A DNA stretch of 64,000 bases, taken from NCBI RefSeq assembly GCF_009914755.1, contig NC_060935.1. The stretch is one strand, 5' to 3'. Source of the DNA: the human T2T-CHM13v2.0 reference genome, Homo sapiens. Shown here piece after piece: positions 1-29,000 of the stretch. Within the stretch, counting starts at the first letter, position 1, and each line of letters starts with the position of its first letter. Both the position numbers and the translations under genes were made by a program. Under the pieces are notes generated by a model. The model searched no databases, was not told the DNA's origin, and saw only the letters and a list, made by a program, of their open reading frames with translations.

Positions 1-44
1 AGAGCGGGACAGCCAGGAGGAAGGGCAGCTTGGCAGAGCCTCAG
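1..44 (+). other. ALDH3B1: ALDH3B1 non-coding first exon (5' UTR; start may lie before the window)
   Basis: Ends in CAG|GTAGAG donor; next acceptor is CAG|G-ATG at 4949. Confidence 0.6.
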
Positions 45-756
45 GTAGAGTATCCCGGGGAGGCTGGGGCTGTAGTGGGCCAGCAGTCGGGCCAGAGTCC
101 AGCTCAGCAACTCCGGGTTACAGGCAGCCCAGGCGGGCCTAGCCACCGGCAGCTGCACTCAGAGGCCACTGTGTCCTGGCTGAGCTCATCTGCCTGCCTG
201 CTGGGGGAGAAAGCGGAAGGAGGAGAGGCAGATCTGGGGAGTGGCAGCGAGGTCCCGGGCACCCCCCTGGCCAGCAGGCACCCTTCCGTTGTCCGAGCTG
301 GGTTGCCACCGCCTCCTTTTCCTGGGATTCCCGGACACCCTCCAAGGGAACCAAGGGAACAGCTCTGGGTCCAGCTGCCCCAGGAAGGACTGTGCGCCCC
401 TTCCCCACAGGGGTCAAGTATCCCTTCCAGCAACAGCCGTTTCCTGGGCACCAGCCTGCATGCCCAGTGCTGATGCAGGGATGTGGCCATGAATGACTCT
501 GGGAAAGAATCATTCTTAGCAATGGACTTTGTCAGGGTCCAAGAAAGGAGTGGCCAGCCAGCCCCGCCCCGCCTGCAGGAGGCACTTCTCATCCCGGGAA
601 CTGTGCCCCATCAGGGAGCCGAGGCTGTTCAGCCTCTTTGTGACCCGGGGCTGGGTTGGCCCGAGCCACCAATGAGGGGATACGCTGGTCCCTGGCTCCC
701 CAAGGGAGGGGCTGCTGAGCTTTGGGAGGCCTCATGAAAATCCAGCTTAAGGCCAT

Positions 757-1213
757 CAAAAGACAAAATGACAACACATTTAGTTATAGATCAAATTGGC
801 TTCTATTCATGATTCGTGAATCCGGACAGCCTCCATTCTACAAAATGGAGTGAGAGCTCCCACCAGGCAGTGGCAGAGCAGGGGGTTCATAAGGCAGAAA
901 GGAGGAAACAGAAAAATAGGAAACACCAAACCGCCTAATACCGGATCGCTGCAGACTGCTTTTTTCTAAGCGGACTGCTTTTTTCTAAGGGGTAAGGCAG
1001 AGGGGACCTGATGATGCCGGCTCAGGTGGACTGGAATCTCCTGCTTCCCGGAGAAACTGGTCTGTGGTTTTGGGCTCTGTCTGCTTCCTTAAAGCTTCGG
1101 TTTGATGATGTGGCATTTGGCATGAGTGCCTCCATTTTGGTTTGGTCTGGTCTGTTGGGGCCTAGTACAGGAGCTCAGTTCAAAATCACAGCCTCTCATC
1201 ATGTTTGTTTAAT
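757..1213 (-). mobile_element. Degenerate LTR-like element (resembles LTR40 family from memory); boundaries approximate
   Basis: AT-richer block unlike the flanks; recalled LTR-like motifs; contains a 19-20 bp tandem duplication GACTGCTTTTTTCTAAG at about 954-990. Confidence 0.45.
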
Positions 1214-3264
1214 GAAGCTACACTGCAGGAGATCAGAATCGGAGACCCTGCGGTATTGGGCCTGTGGGTCCCCTGAAGTTGGCCTAGTGATCCCCGCCTT
1301 CTGGCTGCCCTGATGGGGGTCCCCCAGGCCCTCTACCCACCATGTTCAGTCCCTCTGTCACCACATCCCTGTCCTCAGTTGGGTCTCAGGGTGATGTCCT
1401 TGTCTCCCCAACACCCACCTTGGATCAAGGCCCCTTCAGGCCCCTGCCCCAGGGGTCTCCTCCCTGAGCCCTCCTCTGGTACATCCGTCCTCCATGGATA
1501 CTGAGCACTTCCCGGGGTCCCAGTGCTTGAATTCTCCCGACAGTGGTATGGGTGCCACAGGCAGTGCCCAATTTTACAGATGGGAAACGTGAATACAAAG
1601 AGGTCAAGCAACCTGCCCAAGGTCTCCCCACTCACACATGTGGTTGCTGCAGTTTAAACCCAGGTCATTGGGCCCCCAGACCATGCCATGCTGGGAGGAT
1701 GCTCTTAGAAGGCCCATGGTGTAGATGAGGAAACTGAGGCAGGAAGAATGAGAGAACGGGCAGAGCCTCCGTTTCCCTGGAATCCAACCCACTTGATAGG
1801 CCAGGGTGTGAACGAGCAGGGAGTCCCTGCCCAGGGACGGTCCCTGCTGTGAGGTTGGGGGCAGCGGCTCGGCCAGCCATTCACTCCCTGTGATATGTCA
1901 GCCCCGTTCCTCCCCACTCTGTTCCCGGAGCCTGTGGGCACCCACAGCGAGCACCCAGGCTGGCATAGTGCCCAGCACATGGGCACCTGAGTATTGTTTT
2001 TAGAGGCCCGTGGCCTTGAGAGGAAGTGGCTGGTCCTGCCCTGGCCCCCAGGCCAGAGGAAACAGCCGCTATCTTCATCACCAAATGATGTGGCAACTCC
2101 CCCCCACCCCAGAAGCTGCAGGTCTGGGCCAAATGCACCTCAACCTGTGATGGGGGGCCACGCCCCAGAGACCCTTGGGCCCATCAGCCCCTGGACCTCA
2201 GTGGCTCAGCCGCAGGAGGCAAGAGGCAGTCTCAGACCCCACAACCTAAGCAGTGTGGGGAGTGGCAGCAATAGTGAGGAGGGAGGCCGAGGAAATGGAA
2301 TCCAAACAGCAAGAGACCTCCCCTCACCGGTCACCCCTCCCACAGCTGGCCTACCGGAGTCCACCCAGCCTTGGGTCTGCCGTCCAGGCCCCAGCCCAGT
2401 GTCCCTTCCCCCAAGGACTTGGCTGCCCATCCCCAGGGGACTGTGAGGGAGGTGGGAGCTGAGGTGGATAGCCTTCTGCTCTTCTGGATTTGGGTTTTCC
2501 AATGTGAGGAGCTGGGTGGTATCAGGCAAGCTCTGGCCCTCTCTGAGCCTCAGCCTCCATCTCCTTCAGTGGGGTGAATAGTGGTCCCTCAGTGGGCGGC
2601 CGTGGTGGTGAAATGAGCGAGGGCAGGCATGGGGATCACACTCCTTACAACCTCACACTGTGGGATGAGTGCCGCGGGGGTGGGCTTGGGGGACCCCAGC
2701 CCAGTGCCTGATTCAGGAGTTCCCTATTCTGTGTGTCCACAATGGCTGCCCAGCACCCTCGGGAGATAACAGGCCCAGGATCCCCCCAATCTCAGGCAGA
2801 AGGCGGCCTTGGCTTCTCCGCTTGCCAGGGTCCTGCCCTGGGCACTCCCTGGGGGCCTCAGTCCAGAGTGAGTGACCCGTAGGGGCAATGCCAGGGCTGG
2901 TTGCCCTGTGGGAGAGATGTGTCCTGTGGCCCTGGTGAGTTGGTTTCAGCGTTGCTAGGAGGGTTGCTGGAATGTTCCCTGCAGAACTCCATCCCCCACA
3001 GAGCTCCCGGCCCACAGTCCACCATTCACGTTACGTGCCTTGCATTTTTGTGGTTTCTGCAGAGATTCTTACAAAGGGTGAGAGAGGCACAGGCGTGGTT
3101 TGCCTTTGACCACTGGCAGAAGTCTGAAGGTGAGAGTAGAATGGAGAAGGACCCAGGAGAGTGCGGAGTTGAGGGAGATAAATATTTGCAGGCTACTTAG
3201 CAAAACACCCAGAGCTGACCTTTGTCGAGTACTTTCTGTGGGCACAACAGCAAATGTTTTATGC

Positions 3265-3400
3265 AGCGTGATGTCATTTAATCCTCACAATGACACCAGG
3301 TGCCATTAGCATCCCCATTTCACAGATGAGGAAACCGAGGCAGAGAAGGTGAGTGATTTGCCCAAGGTCCCACAACCAGTAAGAGGCAGAGCCCGGAGAC
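3265..3400 (-). mobile_element. MIR (representative; similar remnants near 1560, 17290, 20790, 23960, 29030, 29830, 35050, 36565, 38250)
   Basis: MIR core ATCCCCATTTCACAGATGAGGAAACCGAGGC...TTGCCCAAGGTC. Confidence 0.75.
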
Positions 3401-4949
3401 AGGCCTGATGGTGGCTCGAGAGGCTCGTTCTTGGCTCCTGGGTCTCAGTCCTGCTCCCGTGACGAGCCATCCCCTATGGGGACCATGGTGCCTGTCCTGT
3501 GTGCGGGCCACTGCCCAGCTTCTCCCAATCAGAGCAGGAAGATGGTGGGTTCAGCCTGGCCCCACAATCACTCCAGCTGAGGGCTGGCCTGGGGCTCCTG
3601 ACCAGGCTCTCAGTAGCACACTGGTCCAGCAGGGCCATCCTGCAGACCGGAGCAGGTCCCGCCCTCAAGGTGGCCACTTAACAATCACCCACAGCCTTGC
3701 GCTCACCGATGCTGGGCCCTGGGCTCAGAACCGACTGTGTGGTCTCATCATTAGCTGGCAGGTGCCATCATTACACCGGTAACATGAGAGGCTTCAAGCA
3801 CTAGGTCTCAAATAAGTAGGCACAGAGGGGCCTGCCTCCCAGTCTAATGAGGGGGAAATAAGGGAGATGTGGACAGGGTTGGGAGGTGGGTAGAGTGTAA
3901 CCAGACATTTATCACATGGCACAACTCAGAACGCTGGGGAGCAGAGTCAAGGGGCCACTGTGACAGTGGATGAGGGCATAATCTGGGTGGGCTGCCTGGA
4001 GGAAGCATCAGCCAAGCTGAGATCTGGAGGAAAGGGACTCGGAGAGGGAAGGAGGAAAGGGTCACCACGGGTCCTTGGCACCAGGCCGAGGAACGAGTGC
4101 GTCAGAGTGCTCCTCCGATGAACTTCAAGTAAACAGGCAGGGCTCGGGGGAATGTCTAGGCCCCTACCCTGCCTGCCAGCTCTGGCTGGCACCAGCACGG
4201 AGGCAGGAACGCCCTCTCCCCCGCCCTGATCCTCTCCCCCACAGCTGTTTCTGCCTCCCAGCACCACAGCCCCGGCAGGGTGGGCAGCAGGGCCTCCAGG
4301 AGGCCCGAGGTGTTCTCCCCCTCTTCCTGAGGAAGCTGAGGCACAGGGAGAAGAGGCTATTGCCCACTGGCCTGGCCTCCCTGGGCAGTGCCCCCAGGCT
4401 GGGGACAGAGGAAGACGGAGAATTCTGTGTCTGGAGTGCTCCAAGGTGGTGGCCATGGTGGCAGTGAGTCACCCCCTCTACTCATCAAGCTCCTGCTTAC
4501 ACCATTCAGACTGGCAGGGGTGAGGCTGCCCCGCCTCCAGGAGGGGCATCAGGGCAGGGCAGAGGCCATGGCTTGGGGTTAATTTCTGTGCGGCAGGAAG
4601 AAGCATGGCGCTCTGCCTGCCTGCTCACCCTCGGGGGCTGTGGTGGAGCAGCTGTCCCCAAGCCCACACCCAGTCCTGCAGCCGCCTCCAGGTCCATGGC
4701 AGAGGGGAGTGGTGCGAGGGTCTTCATGTGTGTCTGGGAGTGCTCACTGTTGGGTGAAAGGGGTTGCAGGCAGCCTCAGTCCCTGTGGGGTCATCTGAGT
4801 GGGTCCCTGTGTGTGTATAAGGTAGAGGTGTCTGCAAGCCCCTGTGGGTGCAGGCAGGTCAGGGGTGCCCAGACCCTGGGGCGGCTGGGTGGTGCCCATG
4901 AAGGAGGGGCAGCCCTGGCCACCCAGTTCATGCCACCCCATCTGGCAGG

Positions 4950-17592
<12,643 letters not shown>

Positions 17593-18047
17593 GCCCTTCC
17601 CCAGGCCCAGGCTGTAGACCACCATGACAGCTGTCGCCTGCGGCTGGTGGAGACGGGGCCTGGGCTCCCGGGCCCGAGGAGGAAAAGGATTGCCAAGGCT
17701 CCAGGGCACCCCTCAAAGCAGCGCCTGCCTCCTCCCTCCTGGGTCTTCCCTCTCCCTGCCTCAGCCTCCTCCCTCAGCCGCTCCCAACCATGAGAGCCGA
17801 GGTGGGAGGCATGGGAAACAGTGCAGTGACTCACCCCCTGCCCCCGCACCAACCACCCATATTCAGGAGAAGAGGACAGACACGGCACCTCTGAGTCACC
17901 CCTCTCCTGTGGAGCGGGCGTCCGAGGGGCCCTGGCATCTGACTCAGGCCACACCATGGAATCACTGCATCCAAGGCCATTCCTGCCCTCTCTGAGTCTC
18001 AGTTTTTCCATTTGTTCAGTGGAGAGAATTAACCATTGATACCTCCT

Positions 18048-18349
18048 GGCTGGGTGAGGCGGCTCACACCTGTAATCCCAGCACTTTGGGAGGCCGAGGC
18101 AGGCGGATCACCTGAAATCAGGAGTTCAAGATCAGCCTGGCTAACATGGCGAAACCCCGTCTCTACTAAAAATACAAAAATTAGCCTGGCGTGGTGGCGC
18201 ATGCCTGTAATCCCAGCTACTCAGGAGGCTAAGGCAGGAGAATCGCTTGAACCCGGGAGGTGGAGGTTGCCGTGAGCTGAGATTGCGTCACTGAACTCCG
18301 GCCTGGGTGACAGAAGGAGGCTCTGCCTTAAAAAAAAAAAAAAAAAAAA
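18048..18349 (+). mobile_element. Alu (S-type) in ALDH3B1 3' UTR
   Basis: Full Alu, poly-A, TSD ACCTCCT. Confidence 0.95.
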
Positions 18350-18700
18350 CCTCCTGGGACTGTTGCAAGGATGAAATGAAGGATTGAGGGATTGAGGGAT
18401 TGCTGAGCTGGAGCTCCAGGTGTCCTATCTTTCTCAGTGGGGTGGCACGGAGCGGGGCCGCCTCCCTCTTCTCTCCAGGCAGGTGGGGCTGTGGTTATGC
18501 GATAGGGTCTCCCTTCCCTCCAGCCCATGCCAGAGGAGCTTGTAACTCTTTATCCTCATGGTGCCCACTACGAGTCATACTCTTCCCCATGCTGCTCATC
18601 CTCCTGGGCCCCATCCACTCAGCCAAAGCAGAATGCAGGGTTTCCTGCCTGACAACCCTTCTCACCTCCCAAGTCCCACTTTTGAACAAGCTGATGATTC

Positions 18701-19005
18701 TGAAACTGGCCCAATTTCCTAACAAGCCGGATGCTTGAGAAACCTACATTTGGACAATGAGAGGCTGCTCCTGCGGCCTGCGGGCCACCTCCTCTTCCTT
18801 GGCTCCTGCTTTCTTTTTAGACTATATCAACCTACAACTTTAGTCGGGAAGAGGGACAGGGGTGGACCTGAGTTTCGTCTCCTGTCTCTCTGGCTGATGT
18901 CACCTGAATAAAGCCTTCTTCCCTGGCAATACTTACATCTCAGTGATTTGCTTTCTGTGCATCTAGCAACAGGACTCTGGACCAAGGCCCTGGCGTTGGG
19001 TAACA
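18701..19005 (+). mobile_element. Solo ERV1-class LTR (LOR1/MER4-group-like)
   Basis: TG...CA termini, 4-bp TSD ATTC at 18697-18700 and 19006-19009, internal AATAAA. Confidence 0.7.
18907..18912 (+). terminator. ALDH3B1: Probable ALDH3B1 polyadenylation signal AATAAA
   Basis: First AATAAA I could find after the stop codon; lies inside an LTR. Confidence 0.7.
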
Positions 19006-19402
19006 ATTCTGTAATGCTGCAGGACTTCCCCAATCCACGCAGGAATCCCCGCAGGCATCCACGCAGGAATCACCTGATGAAGGGCCAGGGTCAGGTGTGG
19101 GCCACCATCCCAAGACCTCCCTTCTCTCTAGGGCCAGCCCCTCTCCTCTGAGCACCTGCTGACCAGCCCAAAGCCCTCTCCACTCCTCAGCTTGAACTCC
19201 CCCAGGGTCTCCCTGTGGCCCACAGGTCCTTTGGAGGCTCGGGCATCTGCATGCAAATCCCAAACCACTGTCCCCTTTGCACACACTGAGCCTGCCCTTG
19301 TCCTCGTCCTGGTCTACCATGCGTGTCCTCCCTCTGCACGGGCATGGGACATGCCCTCTGCCTCCTTCCTGTCCTGGCCTGCCCAACTCCTACCTACCCT
19401 CA

Positions 19403-19796
<394 letters not shown>

Positions 19797-19849
19797 TTCG
19801 CTGGTAGGAAACATAGGCTGGTTGAGTACGGGAGTCATACAGATCAGGT

Positions 19850-20600
19850 GGATCAGGCGGCCGCACACCGCAGCTCTACGGCCCGGGAAGGTTACTAAAT
19901 ACTCCCATGCCTCAGCTTCCCGCCTTAACGTGGTAACACGTTACTGTAGTTTCTCCACGCAGAGCTGCTGTGAGGATTAAAAGAGGCCGCGTGAGTTGAG
20001 CATCTCGTCGCCATTACCGTCATCACACGCCCCCCACCCAACCCGGCGGGCCCACCCTCTGCACCCACGGCGAAAGCACTCTTTCTAAACCACGCCCCGG
20101 ATGTCCCGCCTCCAGCGGCTCGGAGGTCTTCACTTATTGGCCTCCCCAAACCAACATGGCGGCCCCCTACAAACTTCAAGCGCCGGTCTCTCCTAGCCAA
20201 TCAAAAGAAAGATATTTCTGAATCCCGCCTCTTTCAGCAGCCTTGCTGGCCAATCAGACCACACCATGAAGCATCAATACAGAAAAGGGGGAACCCGCTG
20301 GCCCAATGGCAGCGTCCTACAGTGTAGCCTCCGCCTCCCGATTGACTGGCCTGCTTGGCAAGGCAAGTAGCGGCGGCGCTTCAAGGTGGGTGTTCACGTT
20401 TTGGCCGTGAAAGTCGGGCTTGGGCAGCGTGGCGTCGGGGGCGAGTGTGGTGTCCCCGTTGGCGCCGCCAGCTCTGCGCCTGGGCTTCCCCTCGGCTCAC
20501 TCAGGATCCGCGGCCTCCGTGTCCTTCAGGTGCAGCGGGGAGCCGGCTCTCAGGGCGCATGCGCCGCCCGCTCTGCGCCACCGGCCTAGTTAGGGTCGGA
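19850..20600 (+). promoter_or_regulatory. NDUFS8: NDUFS8 CpG-island promoter with CCAAT boxes and YY1, GC-box and NRF1 motifs
   Basis: CpG dense; CCAAT at 20197, 20250, 20303; ATTGG at 20136; AACATGGCGG at 20153-20162; GCGCATGCGC at 20555-20564. Confidence 0.85.
20310..20385 (+). other. NDUFS8: NDUFS8 non-coding exon 1 (start approximate)
   Basis: Donor AAG|GTGGGT at 20386; next acceptor is CAG|ATG at 21804. Confidence 0.75.
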
Positions 20601-20984
20601 GATCACTGGGAAGGTGGGGAAGGTGCTGGGTTGGGTCCCTGGAACTGCAGTCAGTGATCCAAAGGAGTGGGCCTGTTAGGGGGTTCACAGGTCGTGGGAT
20701 GAGCTCTTATGAGCGCCGGCTAAGTGCCGGGCTCTGGGGTGCCCTTGGCATGTACGGGCTCCCCTAATTCCCAAGACCAACCGCCCCCAACCCACTTCAT
20801 AGGTGAGAAGACGGAGGTCAGGTCACATCATCTGCCCAAGGTCACGCGGCAGGCTGGGGGACAGTTCCAGGAGGGCCTTGAAGCTGGGGAAAGGAATGTG
20901 GTACCGAGGACTGTTCAGGCCTTGAAGAGTTTCCAGCAGGGCAGGGCTGGGTTCCGATCCTCGGCCCACCTCCTTATCGTGTGA

Positions 20985-21300
<316 letters not shown>

Positions 21301-21803
21301 TAGCGAGTCACTCAACAAACTGAGTCCCAGCGCCTTATTTGTGCCTCCCTCGTGGAGTCCTTGTAAGGATAGGATGGCAGCGCTTTCCACCCCTGGGCAC
21401 GGTTCCTGGGGGAGGAGAGCTAACAAAGTTCGCTCTCAGTGCATGCTGGCGGGGGCTGGTAATGTTGTTTTTGGTTAGATTTGGGGAGGATGAAGGGAGG
21501 AGCAGAAAGGTGGGAAACAGGATCTCTGGGAGGGAGAAAGGAAGGATGGATTTAAAAGGTTTCTTAGGTGAGGCAGAACTTGGGGTCCACAGAAACTGAA
21601 TTGTAGCTCAGCCAAGCTGAATCAGATGGAAAGCTGGGAGGCGCTGGGAACAGGAAAGCCATCTGTGCCTCTGACAGCAATGGGGTGCGAGTAGAGGGCA
21701 AAGTGACACATGTCAGTGGAGACTTGGGATCCTTGCGGTGCCAGTCTCAGAAGAGGATGGTTCTTGGGCACACCCCACCCTCCATCCCTTTTTATGCCAC
21801 CAG

Positions 21804-26234
<4,431 letters not shown>

Positions 26235-26264
26235 CGCCCCACCGGCCCGCAGCCCCTGCTGCCC

Positions 26265-26270
26265 AATAAA
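26265..26270 (+). terminator. NDUFS8: NDUFS8 polyA signal AATAAA
   Basis: 30 nt after the stop codon; U/GU-rich tract downstream. Confidence 0.9.
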
Positions 26271-28439
26271 ACCACTCCGACCCCACGGCCTCTTGTCTTG
26301 ACTCTGGTGGTCCAGGGTGGGGCCGTTCCTGGCCTGCCTGAGGCCTGTGGTGCCTCCAACTGGACTAGGTCGCCACCTAGTCTTTATGCTCTCTGGAGTC
26401 CTGCTGCCCCAGCCCTGCCTTCCTGTAGACTCCAGGGCCCCACCAGGCTCTCATGGCTAGACCACAGGCCGCAGCATCCCTGTCACCCTGCCTCTTCCTG
26501 GGCGTCTTCCCCAAGGCCCAGCGATGCCAGAGGTCACCACAGACCTGCCGTTCCCACTCTCCCGGGTGTCCTGGCTGGGGCCTGGGCCTCCTGTCTCCCA
26601 AGAGCCATCCACTTGTAAGACGCTTAGGACTTGGAGCCTCCCAAGACCTCAGGCTGAAGAACAGCAAGTGGCAGAAACTCAGGCCGGGGCATCCTTGCTG
26701 GGGGTAGGAGGAAGCCTGCTTGGGGTGACAGTCACACGAGGGTGACACAGGCCCTGCTGGCCCTGAGCTGGCCTGCGTACAGCCACATCCTCTTTCCTGT
26801 GTTCCCTACGCCAGGGTGCTGGCCCGGCCACTGCTCACCACTTCCTGCTTTGCTGGCCCAGCGACACGGTGGGGTTTCCCTAGGGCCACACACAAGCCCC
26901 TTGCCCATATAATGGCCAAAAGCAGCCCCCCTGAACTTGTGCTAAGTACTGTGGAAGGATTTCACTTCATTTGCAGTGAGAAAACCAGCTCCGAGAGGTG
27001 AAAGGGCTTGCTCAGGGCCATGCAGGGCACATCCCATAATAAAACTCAGTTCAGAGACCTTGACCCCCCCCATCCACCATCATTTCCAAAAGTGCTTTTT
27101 ACAAAGCACTACTTTGTAAAAAGCTACTTCTTCGAAAGAACAAGTTTCCTGGCCCAGTGAGTGTTGGAAATGCTCCAGCTGCTGTGTGCCTGCTGGCAGG
27201 TACTGCATGGTAGACATTCAAGGCTCTGAGAAGGCCTGCAGCAAAAACACCAGCCTCTCCCAGCCCATTCCCAGGGAGCTTTTCTCAGGTCTAACACCTG
27301 GGCCTCCTTCCTAGACCAGGCATTGCCATCTAATGCCAAAGTGGCCAGGCTCCCGCTTGGGCCCCACAGCCTGTGGCACTGGGGTGAGAAGTAACTGCAG
27401 GAGGCGAGGGGAAGCCTGGAGCCCGGGAAGTGTCCACAGGTCTGGCCCGCAGCTCATCTTGGCCACTGATGAAAACAGGTGTTCTTTCCAAAAACAAGGC
27501 AGGCGCAGGACTCCTGAAGCACCGCCGGTTTAGCTTTTCCCAGACGTAACCGCCATCAGAGCGTGGCATGGAGCCTGTAGCTGTGCACTGAATACTTCTA
27601 TTCCAAGCGGGTCAGTCTTTCCAGCTCACCGCTGGGTTCTTTCCCTTACCGTGGTCTCCCAGGCACTTACTGCTGAGACCCCACTCAGGCTGTCTGGTTG
27701 TATCAGGCCCCGACCCTGTCAGAACAGGCCTATGGCACCCAACCACAAGTCCCCCAATTTTCTGAGGAACCACAGCTGAGCTTGGCTGTGACTCAGTTTC
27801 CAGGCCCGGCTCTGGGGCTCCACTTGTCCACCCCTGCCGCAGCCCCACAGGCCTGTGCTCGCTGTGTGGGGCTTAGGGATCACCAGAGCTGAAGGGCCCC
27901 TGGCCTCCAGTGGGAATGCCCCAGGCCTGTCCAAAGTGCAGGCAGCTGGACGGTCGTGAGTCCCAGCTTCCAGGCACTAGGACCTGATGACGCCCATGGT
28001 GCTGACCTGGAGCAAGGTCACAGTGACACCCCCCTCTACCCCCCGCGGCTGCAGCTGCAGGTGGAGCTGACAGCTGGCCTCTGGCCCCAGGGTATCTCCC
28101 AGGGCCTGCTGGGTGCGGGGCGCTGGGCAGAACAAGGCAGCATGGCCTGGCCCTGTGTCCTGCTGCCAGTGAAGCAGGCCCAGAGTGGGGCAGCCACCCA
28201 CCCAAGGGCCAGAGCGGGGCCTCTCCAGGGTGGTCAAGAGCAGGAAGGTGTAAGCACCGGCGGGTTTCACTGCCGCCCAAGGGAGGGGTCCCGGAGGTGG
28301 GGAAGCATCCTGGGGACCCCAAGCCCATGAGCCTGCGAATGTTGGGGTCCCATCAGCCAGAGGCGCACAAGCCTCGAAGTGAGAGGAGAGCAGGGTCTCA
28401 TCTCCTATCCTGAGCTGGGCCTGAGCGGAGCTGCCCCTG

Positions 28440-29000
28440 CATCGGGGCCAGCATAGACGCGCGCGGTTGGCAGTGGTCTGTTATCCGCTCCTTTCTCCAG
28501 GCCTCCTCTCCGGGATTAAGCGCCTCAGGACCCGTCCGCCAGGCCACAGCCTGGGCTCAACCTCTCCCAGACTTCCTGGACTCCAGTGGAGCCTTGGGCC
28601 GGGGGCGGGGCGTCCCTGGCCCCTCCCCGTCGTCCCGCCTGCCCGGAAAGGAGTGAGCGGCGCCTAGTCCCGGGCTGGCGGGAGTGCAGTTCTGAGTCCC
28701 GCCCGGCGTGCGCGGAGCGGGGCAGCCAGCAGCGGAGGCGCGGCGCGCAGCACACCCGGGGTGAGTGCCCCTGCCGGGGTCTGCGGAGCCCCAGAATTTC
28801 CTGCCCACCCTCTTCCCCCTGCCCCGGGGAGGAGATCCTGGCGCCCCACCCAGTTGGCTCCGTGAATGCAGCTCAGCCCGCCACCCCGCAGGGTGTCAGG
28901 CCTTGCGGGGGGCCACGGAGGATCCCCAAGGGAGGAGGAGAAGGATGGGGTGTTTACCAACACAGCCCAGCGTTCCCGGGCCTGGTGTGCGCGGAGCTTT
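28440..29000 (+). promoter_or_regulatory. TCIRG1: TCIRG1 CpG-island promoter and non-coding exon 1 (ends 28760)
   Basis: CpG dense; GC box GGGGCGGGG near 28602; ETS-like CCGGAA near 28643; donor GGG|GTGAGT at 28761. Confidence 0.85.

Noticed and set aside
27789-27795. AP-1 site TGACTCA about 0.9 kb upstream of TCIRG1 exon 1
   Set aside because: Plausible for osteoclast induction, but a lone 7-mer also occurs elsewhere in the window and cannot be supported from sequence alone.
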